A DNA stretch of 64,000 bases from Thermoplasmata archaeon (GTDB taxonomy: Archaea > Thermoplasmatota > Thermoplasmata > Lutacidiplasmatales > UBA184), in NCBI GenBank assembly GCA_035502475.1, contig DATJUJ010000021.1:5098-69097 (forward strand), in the 5' to 3' direction. Positions 1 to 11,407 of this stretch are shown here, piece by piece; position 1 is the first letter of the stretch; each line of letters begins with the position of its first letter. Position numbers and translations under genes: made by a program. The notes below the pieces were generated by a model, which searched no databases, had not been told where the DNA came from, and saw only the letters and a program-made list of their open reading frames with translations.

Positions 1-575
1 AGTCAAGTCCCTGCGACGAGTGTCTGCCTCCGAAACTCTGAGCGAGTACCCTAAACGGCGGCAGATTCGCGTCGCGTCGAGGACCCGCTGGCGGGACGAC
101 TTGGAGGGGCGGCCGCGAGCGGGCTCATGCCCGACGCGGCAGGCGCATCGTCGGTATGCGACCGTGCGGCTTGGGCAATCGCGCTGAACTCGCGCTCAGT
201 CCCCAATGCATACCGAACTCCGCGGTGGAGCACCCGGACCAAGCATTCAGCCGGTGCGTCGGGAGAGCTCGACCGCGGCGAACAAGTACACGTTGTCAAG
301 CCGGTCGTACTGCAGCGACGTGAACCTGGTCCACCATCGGATAGACGCGAGGGCAGACTCGGCGTTCTAGGCTTCTGCAAGATCAATCGGTACGACTGCC
401 AGAACGAGCTGGACGGTATCCCCGAGCGGGTCGTCGCCTACCAGGGAGATCTGGAGCTCCTGCGGCGAAGCGGCGCGTCGTCCGGACGCGCATCGACTCG
501 CCCGGTCCATGCCGCCGCGGACCATCAAGAGCCCGCTCGAACGAGCCCGGGTTCCGCTCGCGCCGTTCCGCCCGG

Positions 576-2141
576 CTACGGGGACGGGGCGTTCGGAGCC
601 GACTGCAACGCAGCCAGGAGCCGCATCCCGTTGGGGCTGCCCCACCCGGTACACGCGTCCCAGCCCGGCCCCGCAGTGTACCCGTCGTTGTTGCCGGAGA
701 CGATGTCCGTGAACGTCGCCGTCTCGGCCGGGTCGTAGAGCCGCGGGGTTAGGTAGCCGAGCGGGGACCCCAGCGCCTCGTTGAGGCGAGCCACGAGGGC
801 GGCCCAGAGCGGAGCGACGGCGCTGGTGCCGCCGAGCACGATCGACTGTCCGTCGACCACGACGTGGTACCCCGAGGCGGGGTCTGCGTCTCCCGCGACG
901 TCCGGCACTCCGCGTCCCACGAATCCGTTCGGCGCGGCGGGGACGCCCACGTTCGACTGGAACGACGGCCGCGCGAAGCTCTCGCTGACCCCGCCCCCGG
1001 TGGCGCCCTCGTGGATCGCGAGCTCGTTCCAGACGACCTCGGAACGGGCCGGAGTGAGCACCAGCCGGGTGCCGCCGCAGGCCACGACGTAGGGGCTCGA
1101 GGCCGGGAAGTCCACGGTCAGCGCGCCGTTCGTCGAGCCGTCGGTCGCCCCCGCGTCGCCCGCGGCGACGAGCACGGTCACCCCGAGGGCAGCCGCGTCC
1201 TCGCACGCGGCGTTCAGCGCGTTTCGCGCCTGGTCGGTCCAGGACGGCTCCGGTCCGCCCCAGCTGATCGACAGGATCGACGGTCGGTTGGTGGCGTCGT
1301 GGATCGCGGCATTCACCCCATCCAAGAACCCTTCATCGGTGTTGGGCGCGAAGTAGGCAATGAGCCGGGCGCCCGGCGCGAGGGACCCCGCGATCTCGAG
1401 GTCGAGCTCGACCTCCCCGTCGGGCCCGTCCACCGAGCCGGTCGGACTGTTCGAGGCGCCGTCGACGGGGACGACCGTGACGGTCGGAGTCGGCAGCGAC
1501 AACCGCGCGAAGAACTGGCGAAGGTCGCTCGCCGAGAACCCCCCGCCGAGCTCGAGCACCGCCAGGGCCTCGCCCGACCCGTCGGACCCGGGAGGGAACG
1601 AGTAGGCGGCCGCCACCGCGGGAGGATCGTAGGCGACGTCGGTGGGGGCCTCGGTCCGGTGCCGGATCCGGTGCGGGCGGGCTTGCGGTCGATTGTCGAG
1701 CCCGAGCACCGCCACCACGATCCCTTCGAGCTCGCGGGGCAGATGGATCGGACCTTCGCGGGCCCGGACCTCGAGCGCATTCCAGGCGACGCGGCGGAGA
1801 CGGACGGCGAACTCTTCCGACCAGCGTCGGGTGGGGCCTCGCAGGCGCACGGCACGGCCCCCCACCGACTCGCCCACGACCGCGAACCCGGCGCGCTGCG
1901 CAAACCCGGCCACGCGCTCCCGATCCGCGGCGAGCGCCCCATGGCGAGTGCGGAATTCCTCTCGGGTCAAGTAGCGGCGAGAGCCGACAGGAGGGCGGCC
2001 CGCCGCGCCGAGCTCCGTCGCCGGAGTAGGTCCCGGCGGCCGTCGGAGAACGATCGTCGCTTCGAGGAGGTCCGACTCCGGCCACGGACCGACGTCTCGA
2101 GCTCCCGGCAGGGGCGCGCGTCGGCTCCCCGTCAGCTCCAT
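576..2141 (-). CDS. S53 family (kumamolisin/sedolisin-like) serine-carboxyl peptidase with pro-domain
   Basis: 521 aa; pro-domain then EVELDLE (Glu/Asp), AAGDAG oxyanion Asp, GGTSAVAPLWA nucleophile Ser, C-terminal Ca-site GWDACTGWGSP. Confidence 0.92.
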   Translation of the reverse strand: MELTGSRRAPLPGARDVGPWPESDLLEATIVLRRPPGPTPATELGAAGRPPVGSRRYLTREEFRTRHGALAADRERVAGFAQRAGFAVVGESVGGRAVRLRGPTRRWSEEFAVRLRRVAWNALEVRAREGPIHLPRELEGIVVAVLGLDNRPQARPHRIRHRTEAPTDVAYDPPAVAAAYSFPPGSDGSGEALAVLELGGGFSASDLRQFFARLSLPTPTVTVVPVDGASNSPTGSVDGPDGEVELDLEIAGSLAPGARLIAYFAPNTDEGFLDGVNAAIHDATNRPSILSISWGGPEPSWTDQARNALNAACEDAAALGVTVLVAAGDAGATDGSTNGALTVDFPASSPYVVACGGTRLVLTPARSEVVWNELAIHEGATGGGVSESFARPSFQSNVGVPAAPNGFVGRGVPDVAGDADPASGYHVVVDGQSIVLGGTSAVAPLWAALVARLNEALGSPLGYLTPRLYDPAETATFTDIVSGNNDGYTAGPGWDACTGWGSPNGMRLLAALQSAPNAPSP

Positions 2142-2207
2142 GGGGCGGCCAGCGCACGAGTCGACATCTACCTGACGGACGACACGGCCGCAGGGCGGGA
2201 GACGCCC

Positions 2208-3437
2208 TCAGATCGGGGGCGCGGAGCTGGGCGCCGGGCGGATCGGGCTCGCGTCGAACGATCCGACGTACCGCGGGAACAGGATCGAACCGACGAGCGT
2301 GGTGACGATCGCCATGAGGAGGATCTCGCCGAGCATCTGCTGCGTGAGCACGCCGGTCGTGTATCCGACCGCGCCCACGATCAGGCCGATCTCGCCCCGC
2401 GGGATCATGCCGACCGCCACGCCGAGGGCCGGTCGTCCCTTGCCGAGCCGGCGTCGGGCGAACGGATAGACACCGACGACCTTTCCGACCGCCGCCAGGG
2501 CCGCCAGGAGGAGGCCCAGCGCGACGAGCGTGAAGTCCAAGAGCAGGCCGACGTCGAAGAGGGCCCCGACAACGATGAAGAACAGCGAGCCGAAGACCAC
2601 GACCAGGATGTCGGTGATCTGGCGGGTCCGGGTCGCCGCCACCGACTCGGCGACCGCGAGGCCCGCAATGAAGGCCCCGATGATCGGCGAGAATCCGAGC
2701 GCCAGGACGATCGCGATCAGGACGAACAGGACGGTGAACGGGATCGTCTCGACCTCCCGGAACACCTTGAGCTTCAGAAGCCGAGGGATCACGACGACCG
2801 ACGCGAGCAGCAGGACGACCCACGCGACGACCGAGGTGACGATGCTGCCCGTCAGCCGGAGCGGGTCCGTGTAACCGCTGAGGATCGCGAGCACGACGGA
2901 GAGGAGCACGAGCGCGACCACATCATCGAGCGCGGAGGCGTTCATCAGGAACTGACCCGCCCGCGTGCGGCCCGTCCCCGTGCTCGACAGCAGGGAGACC
3001 GCGGCGACCGCGCTCGTCGCCGCGGTGGCCACGGCGATGAAGAGCGCCTGGTCGAGGGAGTAGAACCGCGAGAAGACCGCGAGGGCGATCGCGAACGACA
3101 GGAGGTCCCCGGCGATCGCGGCGGCGACCGTTGGCCAGCCGGCCCGGCGGAGGGACGTGAACCCGCCCCCGAGCCCGGCGGAGAACAGGAGCAGCACGAC
3201 CGAGAAGTCGGCGAACAATAGGACGCCCGTGTTGATCGCGAACAGGTGCGTCCCGGTCGTCGCGTCGAAGATCCCCCCGATCGCGTAGCTCCCGATCACC
3301 ATCCCGGCCAGGAGGTCGGCCACGATCTCAGGGAACCCGACTTTGCGGGCGACACTGTGGAGCAGCTGCGCCACGGCGAGGAAGAGGAAGATCTCGAGCA
3401 ACTGGTAGTAGTCGCTCGGAGCCAGGAGGGGGGCCAT
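2208..3437 (-). CDS. cation:proton antiporter, CPA2/Kef-type membrane domain
   Basis: 409 aa, about 12 hydrophobic helices; LDDVVALV, GAFIAGL and MIPRGEIGLIV motifs of the Na+/H+ exchanger family. Confidence 0.85.
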   Translation of the reverse strand: MAPLLAPSDYYQLLEIFLFLAVAQLLHSVARKVGFPEIVADLLAGMVIGSYAIGGIFDATTGTHLFAINTGVLLFADFSVVLLLFSAGLGGGFTSLRRAGWPTVAAAIAGDLLSFAIALAVFSRFYSLDQALFIAVATAATSAVAAVSLLSSTGTGRTRAGQFLMNASALDDVVALVLLSVVLAILSGYTDPLRLTGSIVTSVVAWVVLLLASVVVIPRLLKLKVFREVETIPFTVLFVLIAIVLALGFSPIIGAFIAGLAVAESVAATRTRQITDILVVVFGSLFFIVVGALFDVGLLLDFTLVALGLLLAALAAVGKVVGVYPFARRRLGKGRPALGVAVGMIPRGEIGLIVGAVGYTTGVLTQQMLGEILLMAIVTTLVGSILFPRYVGSFDASPIRPAPSSAPPI

Positions 3438-3514
3438 GGACGCGTCCGGCTCTCGGTAGGCGAGCGCCTATTTCAGGCCCGGTGTTCGAGCGGAGCGAGC
3501 CGACGGAGAACGGC

Positions 3515-4825
3515 TCAGGCGGCCCACCAGTCGTCCGACGAGGGGGTCCCGCCGGCACGACCCGCCACGTTCCCGGCCGGGGCCCCAGCCCGAGACTCGT
3601 CCGCCCGATGCACGACCGTGCCCACGGTCGAGGCGAGCGGGCGCAGGGCGCGGCCCGGGCCGAGCGCCACCGCGGTGGCGAAGCCTCCCAGCACGAGGTA
3701 TTCGAGCCCCCATCGAAGGTACAGCGCCAGGCCAACGCCGAAGACCGGCGGGACCGCGCCCCAAGCGGCCGGCGCGCCGAGGACGAACAGGAGCTCGTTG
3801 CCGAACCCTTCCAGTCCGGCCGTCGCCAGCGGCGGCGGGACGCCGGCGGCGAGGGCGAGACCCCCCAGCAGCGCCGCGGCCCGCACGGCCAGGCCGATAG
3901 GGCGACGGGCCTGTCGGGCGAACCAGCCGGCCACCGGGACCGGGAACAGGGCCGCGAGCACGACGAGGATCGCCACGACCTCGTACTCGAGCAGCCATGC
4001 GGTCCACTGGCCGACCGAGGCGGTGAGCGGTGCGACGACCGTCCAGTCCGACAGCATCGCGAGGGCCCAGGCGACCCCCCCGACGAGCAACACCGCCCGC
4101 AGCACGATCCCGACGATGAACCGTCGATCGTAGCGGGGGGCGTGGAACTGGACCGCCGGAGCGGAGCCCGTCGCGCCTCGCGTCGCGCCGCGCACGCCGA
4201 TCAACTCGCCGTACACCTGGAGCAGCATCTCCTGGGCGAGCAGGGCGATCCAGACCACGACGATCTGGAAGACCCCGAGCAACCAGTTGTTCACCAGGAG
4301 CGTGTCCGTCGACGACCCGGTGAGGGAGCCGAACGCTCCAATGCCTGCGGTCGCCGCGGCGGTCGTGCCGCAGCACGCCCCGAGGGTGACGAGCGCCAAC
4401 ATCGCGGGCGTGAGGCCGGCGGCCGCCCCGTACGCGGACGGTGCGCCGGCGTGCTGGCGCCGCCGCCGGATGAGGTGGGCCGTGAGGAGGATGGCGGACG
4501 ACATGCCGATCGCGACGCCGATCGACACGAGCACCATCGTCACGGTCGCGAAGAACGGCAGGGTGACGACCCCCCAGGGCGCCCACACGATGAGCGCCGG
4601 GAAGCTCCAGACCGGTTGGGTCGGGCCGGCCGACCAGAGGATCTCCGTGTAGTAGGGTGGCGGAAGATGGGTCAGGATGAGCATCTGCCCGACCACCAGG
4701 GCTCCGAGCGCGTAGACGATCCCAAGGAACACCGTCATCGCGACGGCGTGGGACTGGCGAATGAACGCGCGGATCTCCCTCAGCGTGAGGAGTCCGACGA
4801 ACGAGGGACTCTGCGCCGCGGCCAC
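3515..4825 (-). CDS. multi-pass membrane protein of unknown function with an intramembrane Cys-Cys motif
   Basis: 436 aa, GTG start, about 9-10 TM segments, LVTLGACCGTTAAA motif; TATA-like CTTATAAG at 4847-4854. Confidence 0.7.
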   Translation of the reverse strand: MAAAQSPSFVGLLTLREIRAFIRQSHAVAMTVFLGIVYALGALVVGQMLILTHLPPPYYTEILWSAGPTQPVWSFPALIVWAPWGVVTLPFFATVTMVLVSIGVAIGMSSAILLTAHLIRRRRQHAGAPSAYGAAAGLTPAMLALVTLGACCGTTAAATAGIGAFGSLTGSSTDTLLVNNWLLGVFQIVVVWIALLAQEMLLQVYGELIGVRGATRGATGSAPAVQFHAPRYDRRFIVGIVLRAVLLVGGVAWALAMLSDWTVVAPLTASVGQWTAWLLEYEVVAILVVLAALFPVPVAGWFARQARRPIGLAVRAAALLGGLALAAGVPPPLATAGLEGFGNELLFVLGAPAAWGAVPPVFGVGLALYLRWGLEYLVLGGFATAVALGPGRALRPLASTVGTVVHRADESRAGAPAGNVAGRAGGTPSSDDWWAA

Positions 4826-4981
4826 CGCCGGTAGCTCGCCCGGAGACTTATAAGACGTAAGTACAGCCGAGCCCGCCCGCGGTCGCGAACGCTCGCGCCG
4901 TCGGAGCCTATTAGGCCCGGGCGGCTGCCGAGCCTCGCCGACGCCCGCGACGCCTCACGAGCGCCCGGCAACACGACGGGC

Positions 4982-6605
<1,624 letters not shown>

Positions 6606-6616
<11 letters not shown>

Positions 6617-7952
6617 CGGCGGCCTCAACGCGGAGTGGAAGGCAAGCGAACGCTGGAAGGGAATCGTACGCCCGTATCGCGGCGCCGACGTGGAGCGGCT
6701 CCGTGGCTCGGTGCGCATCGCCTCGACCCTCGCGACCATCGGGTCCGAGCGGCTCTGGCGCCTGATCCGGACCGAGCCGTTCGTCCCGTCGCTGGGGGCG
6801 ATGACCGGCACCCAAGCGGTCCAGATGGTCGCTGCCGGGCTGCCCGCCATCTACGCGAGCGGCTGGCAGGTCGCGGCCGACGCCAACACGGCGTCCGAGA
6901 CGTACCCCGACCAGAGCCTCTATCCGGCCGACAGCATGCCGACGCTCGTCCGGCGGATCAACAACGCGTTCCGCCGCGAGGACGAAAAGCAGCACGCCGC
7001 CGGCAAGGACGACGTCTACTGGTACGCTCCGATCCTCGCCGACGCGGAGGCCGGGTTCGGCGGGACCCTCAACGTCTTCGAGTTGACGAAGTCGCTGATC
7101 GACGCGGGGGTCGCCGGCCTCCACATCGAGGACCAACTGGCCTCGGTGAAGAAGTGCGGCCACATGGGCGGGAAGGTTCTCGTGCCGGCGCGCGAGTTCA
7201 ACCAGAAGCTCTGGGCGGCCCGGCTCGCGGCCGACATCCTGGACGTCCCGACCGTGCTGCTCGCCCGCACGGACGCGCTGAGCGCGAAGCTCCTCACCAG
7301 CGACGTCGACCCGCGCGACGCCCCGTTCCTCACGGGGAAGCGCACGCCGGAAGGGTTCTTCGAGATCACCGGCGGCCTCGATATGGCGATCGCCCGGGGC
7401 CTGGCCTACGCGCCGTACGCGGACCTCCTCTGGTTCGAGACGTCGAGCCCGGATCTCGACGAGGCGCAGCGGTTCGCCGACGAGATCCACCGGGAGTTCC
7501 CGGGGAAGTTCCTCGCCTACAACTGCTCTCCGTCGTTCAACTGGCGCAAGAAGCTCTCGCCGGAGACCATCGCGGAGTTCCAGACGACGATCGCGGAGAT
7601 GGGCTACAAGTTCCAGTTCGTCACCCTCGCCGGGTTCCACGCGCTCAACCTTTCGATGTACCGGCTGGCCCGCGGCTACGCCCAGCGCGGCATGGCCGCC
7701 TACTCCGAGCTCCAAGAAGAGGAGTTCCTCGCCGAGACCGAGGGGTATGCCGCCGTGAAGCACCAGTCGTTCGTCGGCGCGGGATACTTCGATGAGGTCG
7801 CGCAGGTCCTCTCGGGCGGGCTCACCACGACCCTGGCCATGGAAGGGTCGACCGAGCAGGAGCAGTTCCAAAAGCCACCGGCGGCCCCGCCGACCGAGGC
7901 CGGTCCGGGGGCCCGGGCCCGACGGCCCGCTCGCGGCTCGACGACCCACTGA
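6606..7952 (+). CDS. aceA: isocitrate lyase (short bacterial type)
   Basis: 448 aa; [16 protein letters not shown], signature [29 protein letters not shown]; overlaps aceB. Confidence 0.97.
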
Positions 7953-7962
7953 CCCACGCGCT

Positions 7963-8775
7963 TCAGCGCCGCCGGGCCGTGTACAGCGTCGCGACCGCGT
8001 GGAGCGTGACCCGACCCCCGAACTCCTCGTCCACGATCCGACGGACCCCGTGGAGGAACCGCTCGCGGTCGGCCCGGGGACAGACCGCAACGTTCGAGAA
8101 CGTGCCGAACAGATCGACGACCGTGCGGGAGTCGAGACGGCGGTCCCAGCGCACCACCTCCATCCGGACGCGCTCGAAGGAGCCGATCGAGCGCAGGGTC
8201 TCGAGCCGTCGCCGGTAGTGACGCCGGGTCCGCTCCCGGTCCGACAGGCGGTGCTTGCGGCTGGTCGGCAGGGCCTCGAAGAGAGGGTCGGCGGCTCGAG
8301 AGAACCGTGAGGGGCGCTCGGGGTCCCCGGTCTGGCTCCACCACATCGCCCACCAGCCGCCCGGACGGAGGAGCCGCGCGACCTTGCGAAGGCTCGTCCG
8401 CTCCCGGGTCCAGTGGAAGGACGTCGCCGCCACCCCGAGATCGAAGCTCCCGGCCGGCAGCGACGCCGCCTCGAACGTCGAGCGCACGAAGCGGACCCGG
8501 CCGGGCCAGGGCGCGAGGGTCCCCTTCAGGAAGCGGAGCATCCGCGCGTCGGGCTCGACCACCGTGAGCGGGTCCGCGCCCAGCCGCAGGAGCTGACGGG
8601 ACGCCTTGCCCGTGCCCGGGCCGATCTCGAACACCGAGGCGCCCGGCGCGAGGCCGCAGCGCGTCCGCAGGACTCGATACAGCGCCGGAGGGTAGTCGGG
8701 CCGCACCCGGTCGTAGGTCGCGGCCTGCGCTCCGAACAGTCGACGGCCGGCGGCGCGGGGGACGGAGCGGGCCAT
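7963..8775 (-). CDS. class I SAM-dependent methyltransferase
   Basis: Start moved to the ATG at 8775 (MARSVPR) inside the listed 442-aa ORF; YDRVRPDYP, FEIGPGTGKAS motif I, FHW. Confidence 0.85.
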   Translation of the reverse strand: MARSVPRAAGRRLFGAQAATYDRVRPDYPPALYRVLRTRCGLAPGASVFEIGPGTGKASRQLLRLGADPLTVVEPDARMLRFLKGTLAPWPGRVRFVRSTFEAASLPAGSFDLGVAATSFHWTRERTSLRKVARLLRPGGWWAMWWSQTGDPERPSRFSRAADPLFEALPTSRKHRLSDRERTRRHYRRRLETLRSIGSFERVRMEVVRWDRRLDSRTVVDLFGTFSNVAVCPRADRERFLHGVRRIVDEEFGGRVTLHAVATLYTARRR

Positions 8776-8824
8776 GGCGAAGCCGGCGCACCCGGGCGCT
8801 ATAGAAGACGACTCGCCCGACGGC

Positions 8825-10018
8825 TCACGCCGTCTCTCCGGGCGGCGGAGACCCGGCCGGTGGCGGGGATCGTCCCGAGCGCGGCCACAGGCGGCGGGAG
8901 GCGACGAGCAGCATGATCTCCGACGGTCCGTGGGCGATGCGCCCGCTGCGGACGTCGCGCCAGCGCTGCTCGTGGGGCAGCGCGCCCGAGTAGCCGCGCC
9001 CGCCGTGGAACTGGATGGCGTGGTCGATCGTGCGGAGGGCGACGTCCACGGCGAGCCACTTTGCGAGCGCGGCGTCGCCGTCGGACGGGAGCCCGTGCTC
9101 GAGGCGCACGAGCGTGCGCTCGACGTACAGCCAGGCCGACTCGAGCCGGGCGAGGTCCTCGACGAGCGGGAACGCCACGGCCTCCTGGGCGGCGAGCGGC
9201 TTCCCGAACGCCGCGCGCTCCCCGACGTGCTCGACCGTCTCGTCCCACGACGCGCGCGCCACCCCGAGGTAGATCGCGGCCAGGAGGGCATGCTCGCGGG
9301 TGAGCTCGCGCTGGACGTAGGAGAACGCTTCGCCCTCCTCCCCGATCCGGTGCCGGGCGGGGACGCGGACGCGGTCGTACACGATAGTCCCCCGTCGCTG
9401 CCAGCGCTCGCCGAGATCGGGGCCGGCCACCGAGCGCACGATCCCCGGGAGCTCCTGGGGGACGAGGAACGCCGAGATCCGATGGGTCCCGCTGGCGTCG
9501 GGCGAGCGGGCGTACACGATCGCCGCCTCGGCGTCCGCAGCGAATGCTGCCTCGCTCTTGGTCCCCGAGAGGAGGTAGTCGTCCCCGGCCCGCTCGGCGG
9601 TCAGCGCGATCGCGCCGGCGTCGGAACCGGCGCCCGGCTCGGTGATCTGGTTGCCGACGAGCCGCTCCCCCCGCACGAGCGGTAGGAACCAGTCCTGGAC
9701 CAGCGACTCCGAACCGTGCTCGGCGAGCACGGAGCTGAACTCGGGCTGCAGGGAGAGCTTCGCAAAGGTCGTGCCCCCGAGGTACCCCAGATGGAACAGC
9801 GCGATGCCGGTGCGGGGCAGCGAGAGCTCGCGGCCGCCCAGTCGGATCGGGGTGCGGAGCCCGAGGAAGCCGGCCTTGCCCATCGCTCGGAACTCTTCTC
9901 GAGGGAACGCCGGGTGCGCATCGAGCTCCCGGTAGCGTCGGGCGAGGGCGAGCCGTTCCGCGAGGGCTCGGACCTCGACGACGATCGGGTCGTGGGGCAA
10001 CGGGGGTCGATCGGCCAT
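8825..10018 (-). CDS. acyl-CoA dehydrogenase family protein
   Basis: 397 aa; ITEPGAGSDA, SGTK, ERAAFGKPL, QFHGGRGY, RDV..RI..G..EIM. Confidence 0.9.
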   Translation of the reverse strand: MADRPPLPHDPIVVEVRALAERLALARRYRELDAHPAFPREEFRAMGKAGFLGLRTPIRLGGRELSLPRTGIALFHLGYLGGTTFAKLSLQPEFSSVLAEHGSESLVQDWFLPLVRGERLVGNQITEPGAGSDAGAIALTAERAGDDYLLSGTKSEAAFAADAEAAIVYARSPDASGTHRISAFLVPQELPGIVRSVAGPDLGERWQRRGTIVYDRVRVPARHRIGEEGEAFSYVQRELTREHALLAAIYLGVARASWDETVEHVGERAAFGKPLAAQEAVAFPLVEDLARLESAWLYVERTLVRLEHGLPSDGDAALAKWLAVDVALRTIDHAIQFHGGRGYSGALPHEQRWRDVRSGRIAHGPSEIMLLVASRRLWPRSGRSPPPAGSPPPGETA

Positions 10019-11320
10019 CTACTGCCGACCCGTCGAGCCCGCCGGAGCATTTACCGCCGCCTTGGGGGGGTCCTCGCCCAACACGCCGCTCGCGCGCAGG
10101 GCGGCGACCCGTTCGGGCGGGTAGCTGAGGAGCTGGATGAGCACGGCCTCGTTGTCCTGGCCGAGCCAGGGCGCTCCGCGCCAGACGCCGCCCGGGGTCT
10201 CCGAGAACTTGGGCGCGACGCCGGCGCCTTGGACCGGCCCGGCAACCGGGTCCTCCCACTCAAGGAGCATCCCGCGCGCCCGGTAGTGCGGGTCTTGCGC
10301 GATGTCCGCGATGTCGAAGACGCGGGTGATCGCCACGTCGTGGGTGCGACCGATCGCCTCGAGCTCGGCCCGCGAGCGGTCCGCGCAGAACGCCGCGATC
10401 GCCGCGTCGACCGGACCCCGGTGGGCGAGCCGGAAGTCCCGGTCGTCGTACGTGGGGTCGGCGAACCCGATCACCTCGCGGAGTCGCAGCCAGGCGTCCT
10501 GGGTCGGCGCCGCGACGACCACCCAGCCGTCCTTCGCCCGGTGGACGTCGTACGGGTGGAGCCGGGCGTGGGCGGTGCCGTAGCGGCCCCGCACGACGCC
10601 CCGCATGAAGTAGTCGAGCGCGAGGTTCTCTAGGAGCATGAAGAACACCTCGTACTGGGCGACGTCGACCGCCTGCCCGTGGCCGGTCCGCTGGGCGTGG
10701 ATGTATCCCATGAGGCCGGCCGTCGCCGAGGCGAGCCCGGTGACCGTGTCGTTGAGCGCCGTGCCCGCCCGCATCGGCGGCGCCGGATCCGGCTCGCCCT
10801 GCAGCGAGAGGAACCCGCTGTACGCCTGCGCCGTGAGGTCGTAGGACGGGGCGCCGACCCGGGCCGGGTCCCCGGTGCGACCGTACCCCGAGACGTGCAC
10901 GATCGTCAGCCGGGGATTGCGCTCCCAGACCTGGGCGTCGGCGAGGCCGAGCTTGTCGTAGGTGCCGGGGCGGGACGACTCGATCCACAGGTCCGAGGAC
11001 GCGAGCAGGTCCAGGAACACGGCGCGGCCCTCCGGGCGTCGGACGTCGAGGCCGACGGAGAGCTTGTTCCGGGAGTACTGGACCCACGACTCGGAGACCG
11101 TCTCCCCCGCCGACCGGCCCGGCAGGAGCGGTCGCAGCGTCCGGGTCGCGTCCGCATACGGCGGCTCGAACGGGGGCCCCTCGACGTGGATCACCTGCGC
11201 CCCGAACTCGCCGAGGTACGTCGCCGCCCACGGGCCCGCGACGAAGCGAGCGGACTCGAGGACCCGCAATCCCGCCAGCGGACCGTACGGCGGTACGAGC
11301 GACCGAGCCCCCTCCGGCAC
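10019..11320 (-). CDS. family III (CaiB/BaiF) CoA-transferase
   Basis: GTG start at 11320 (433 aa); GPLAGLRVLE, AGPWAATYLGEFGAQVIHVE, RNKLSVGLD, catalytic Asp in ALNDTVTG, APWLGQDN. Confidence 0.9.
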   Translation of the reverse strand: MPEGARSLVPPYGPLAGLRVLESARFVAGPWAATYLGEFGAQVIHVEGPPFEPPYADATRTLRPLLPGRSAGETVSESWVQYSRNKLSVGLDVRRPEGRAVFLDLLASSDLWIESSRPGTYDKLGLADAQVWERNPRLTIVHVSGYGRTGDPARVGAPSYDLTAQAYSGFLSLQGEPDPAPPMRAGTALNDTVTGLASATAGLMGYIHAQRTGHGQAVDVAQYEVFFMLLENLALDYFMRGVVRGRYGTAHARLHPYDVHRAKDGWVVVAAPTQDAWLRLREVIGFADPTYDDRDFRLAHRGPVDAAIAAFCADRSRAELEAIGRTHDVAITRVFDIADIAQDPHYRARGMLLEWEDPVAGPVQGAGVAPKFSETPGGVWRGAPWLGQDNEAVLIQLLSYPPERVAALRASGVLGEDPPKAAVNAPAGSTGRQ

Positions 11321-11351
11321 GGCGGACGAGCCCGGGGCGGCTCGATAAACG

Positions 11352-11375
11352 CCGAGGTTCCGTACGGAACCTCGG
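11352..11375. promoter_or_regulatory. perfect 24-bp palindrome (putative operator) between back-to-back TATA-like boxes
   Basis: CCGAGGTTCCGTACGGAACCTCGG equals its own reverse complement; TTTATC on minus (11344-11349) and AAATAG on plus (11381-11386) flank it. Confidence 0.7.
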
Positions 11376-11407
11376 GTCGCAAATAGCCGGGCCCGTTCCG
11401 CTCGGCG

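Noticed and set aside
1-575. ORFs 127-738 (+) and 51-386 (-), and a minus frame with an internal TAG at 367-369
   Set aside because: Both strands give plausible-looking peptides but no recognisable motif; 127-738 overlaps the S53 gene antisense. No supportable call.
2132-2167. Out-of-frame ATG (2167, after AGGT) giving an 11-codon uORF over the S53 start; one extra C in the C4 run would fuse it as MSTRALAAPMELTGS
   Set aside because: Either a trivial uORF or a homopolymer indel; the listed start already gives a plausible pro-domain.
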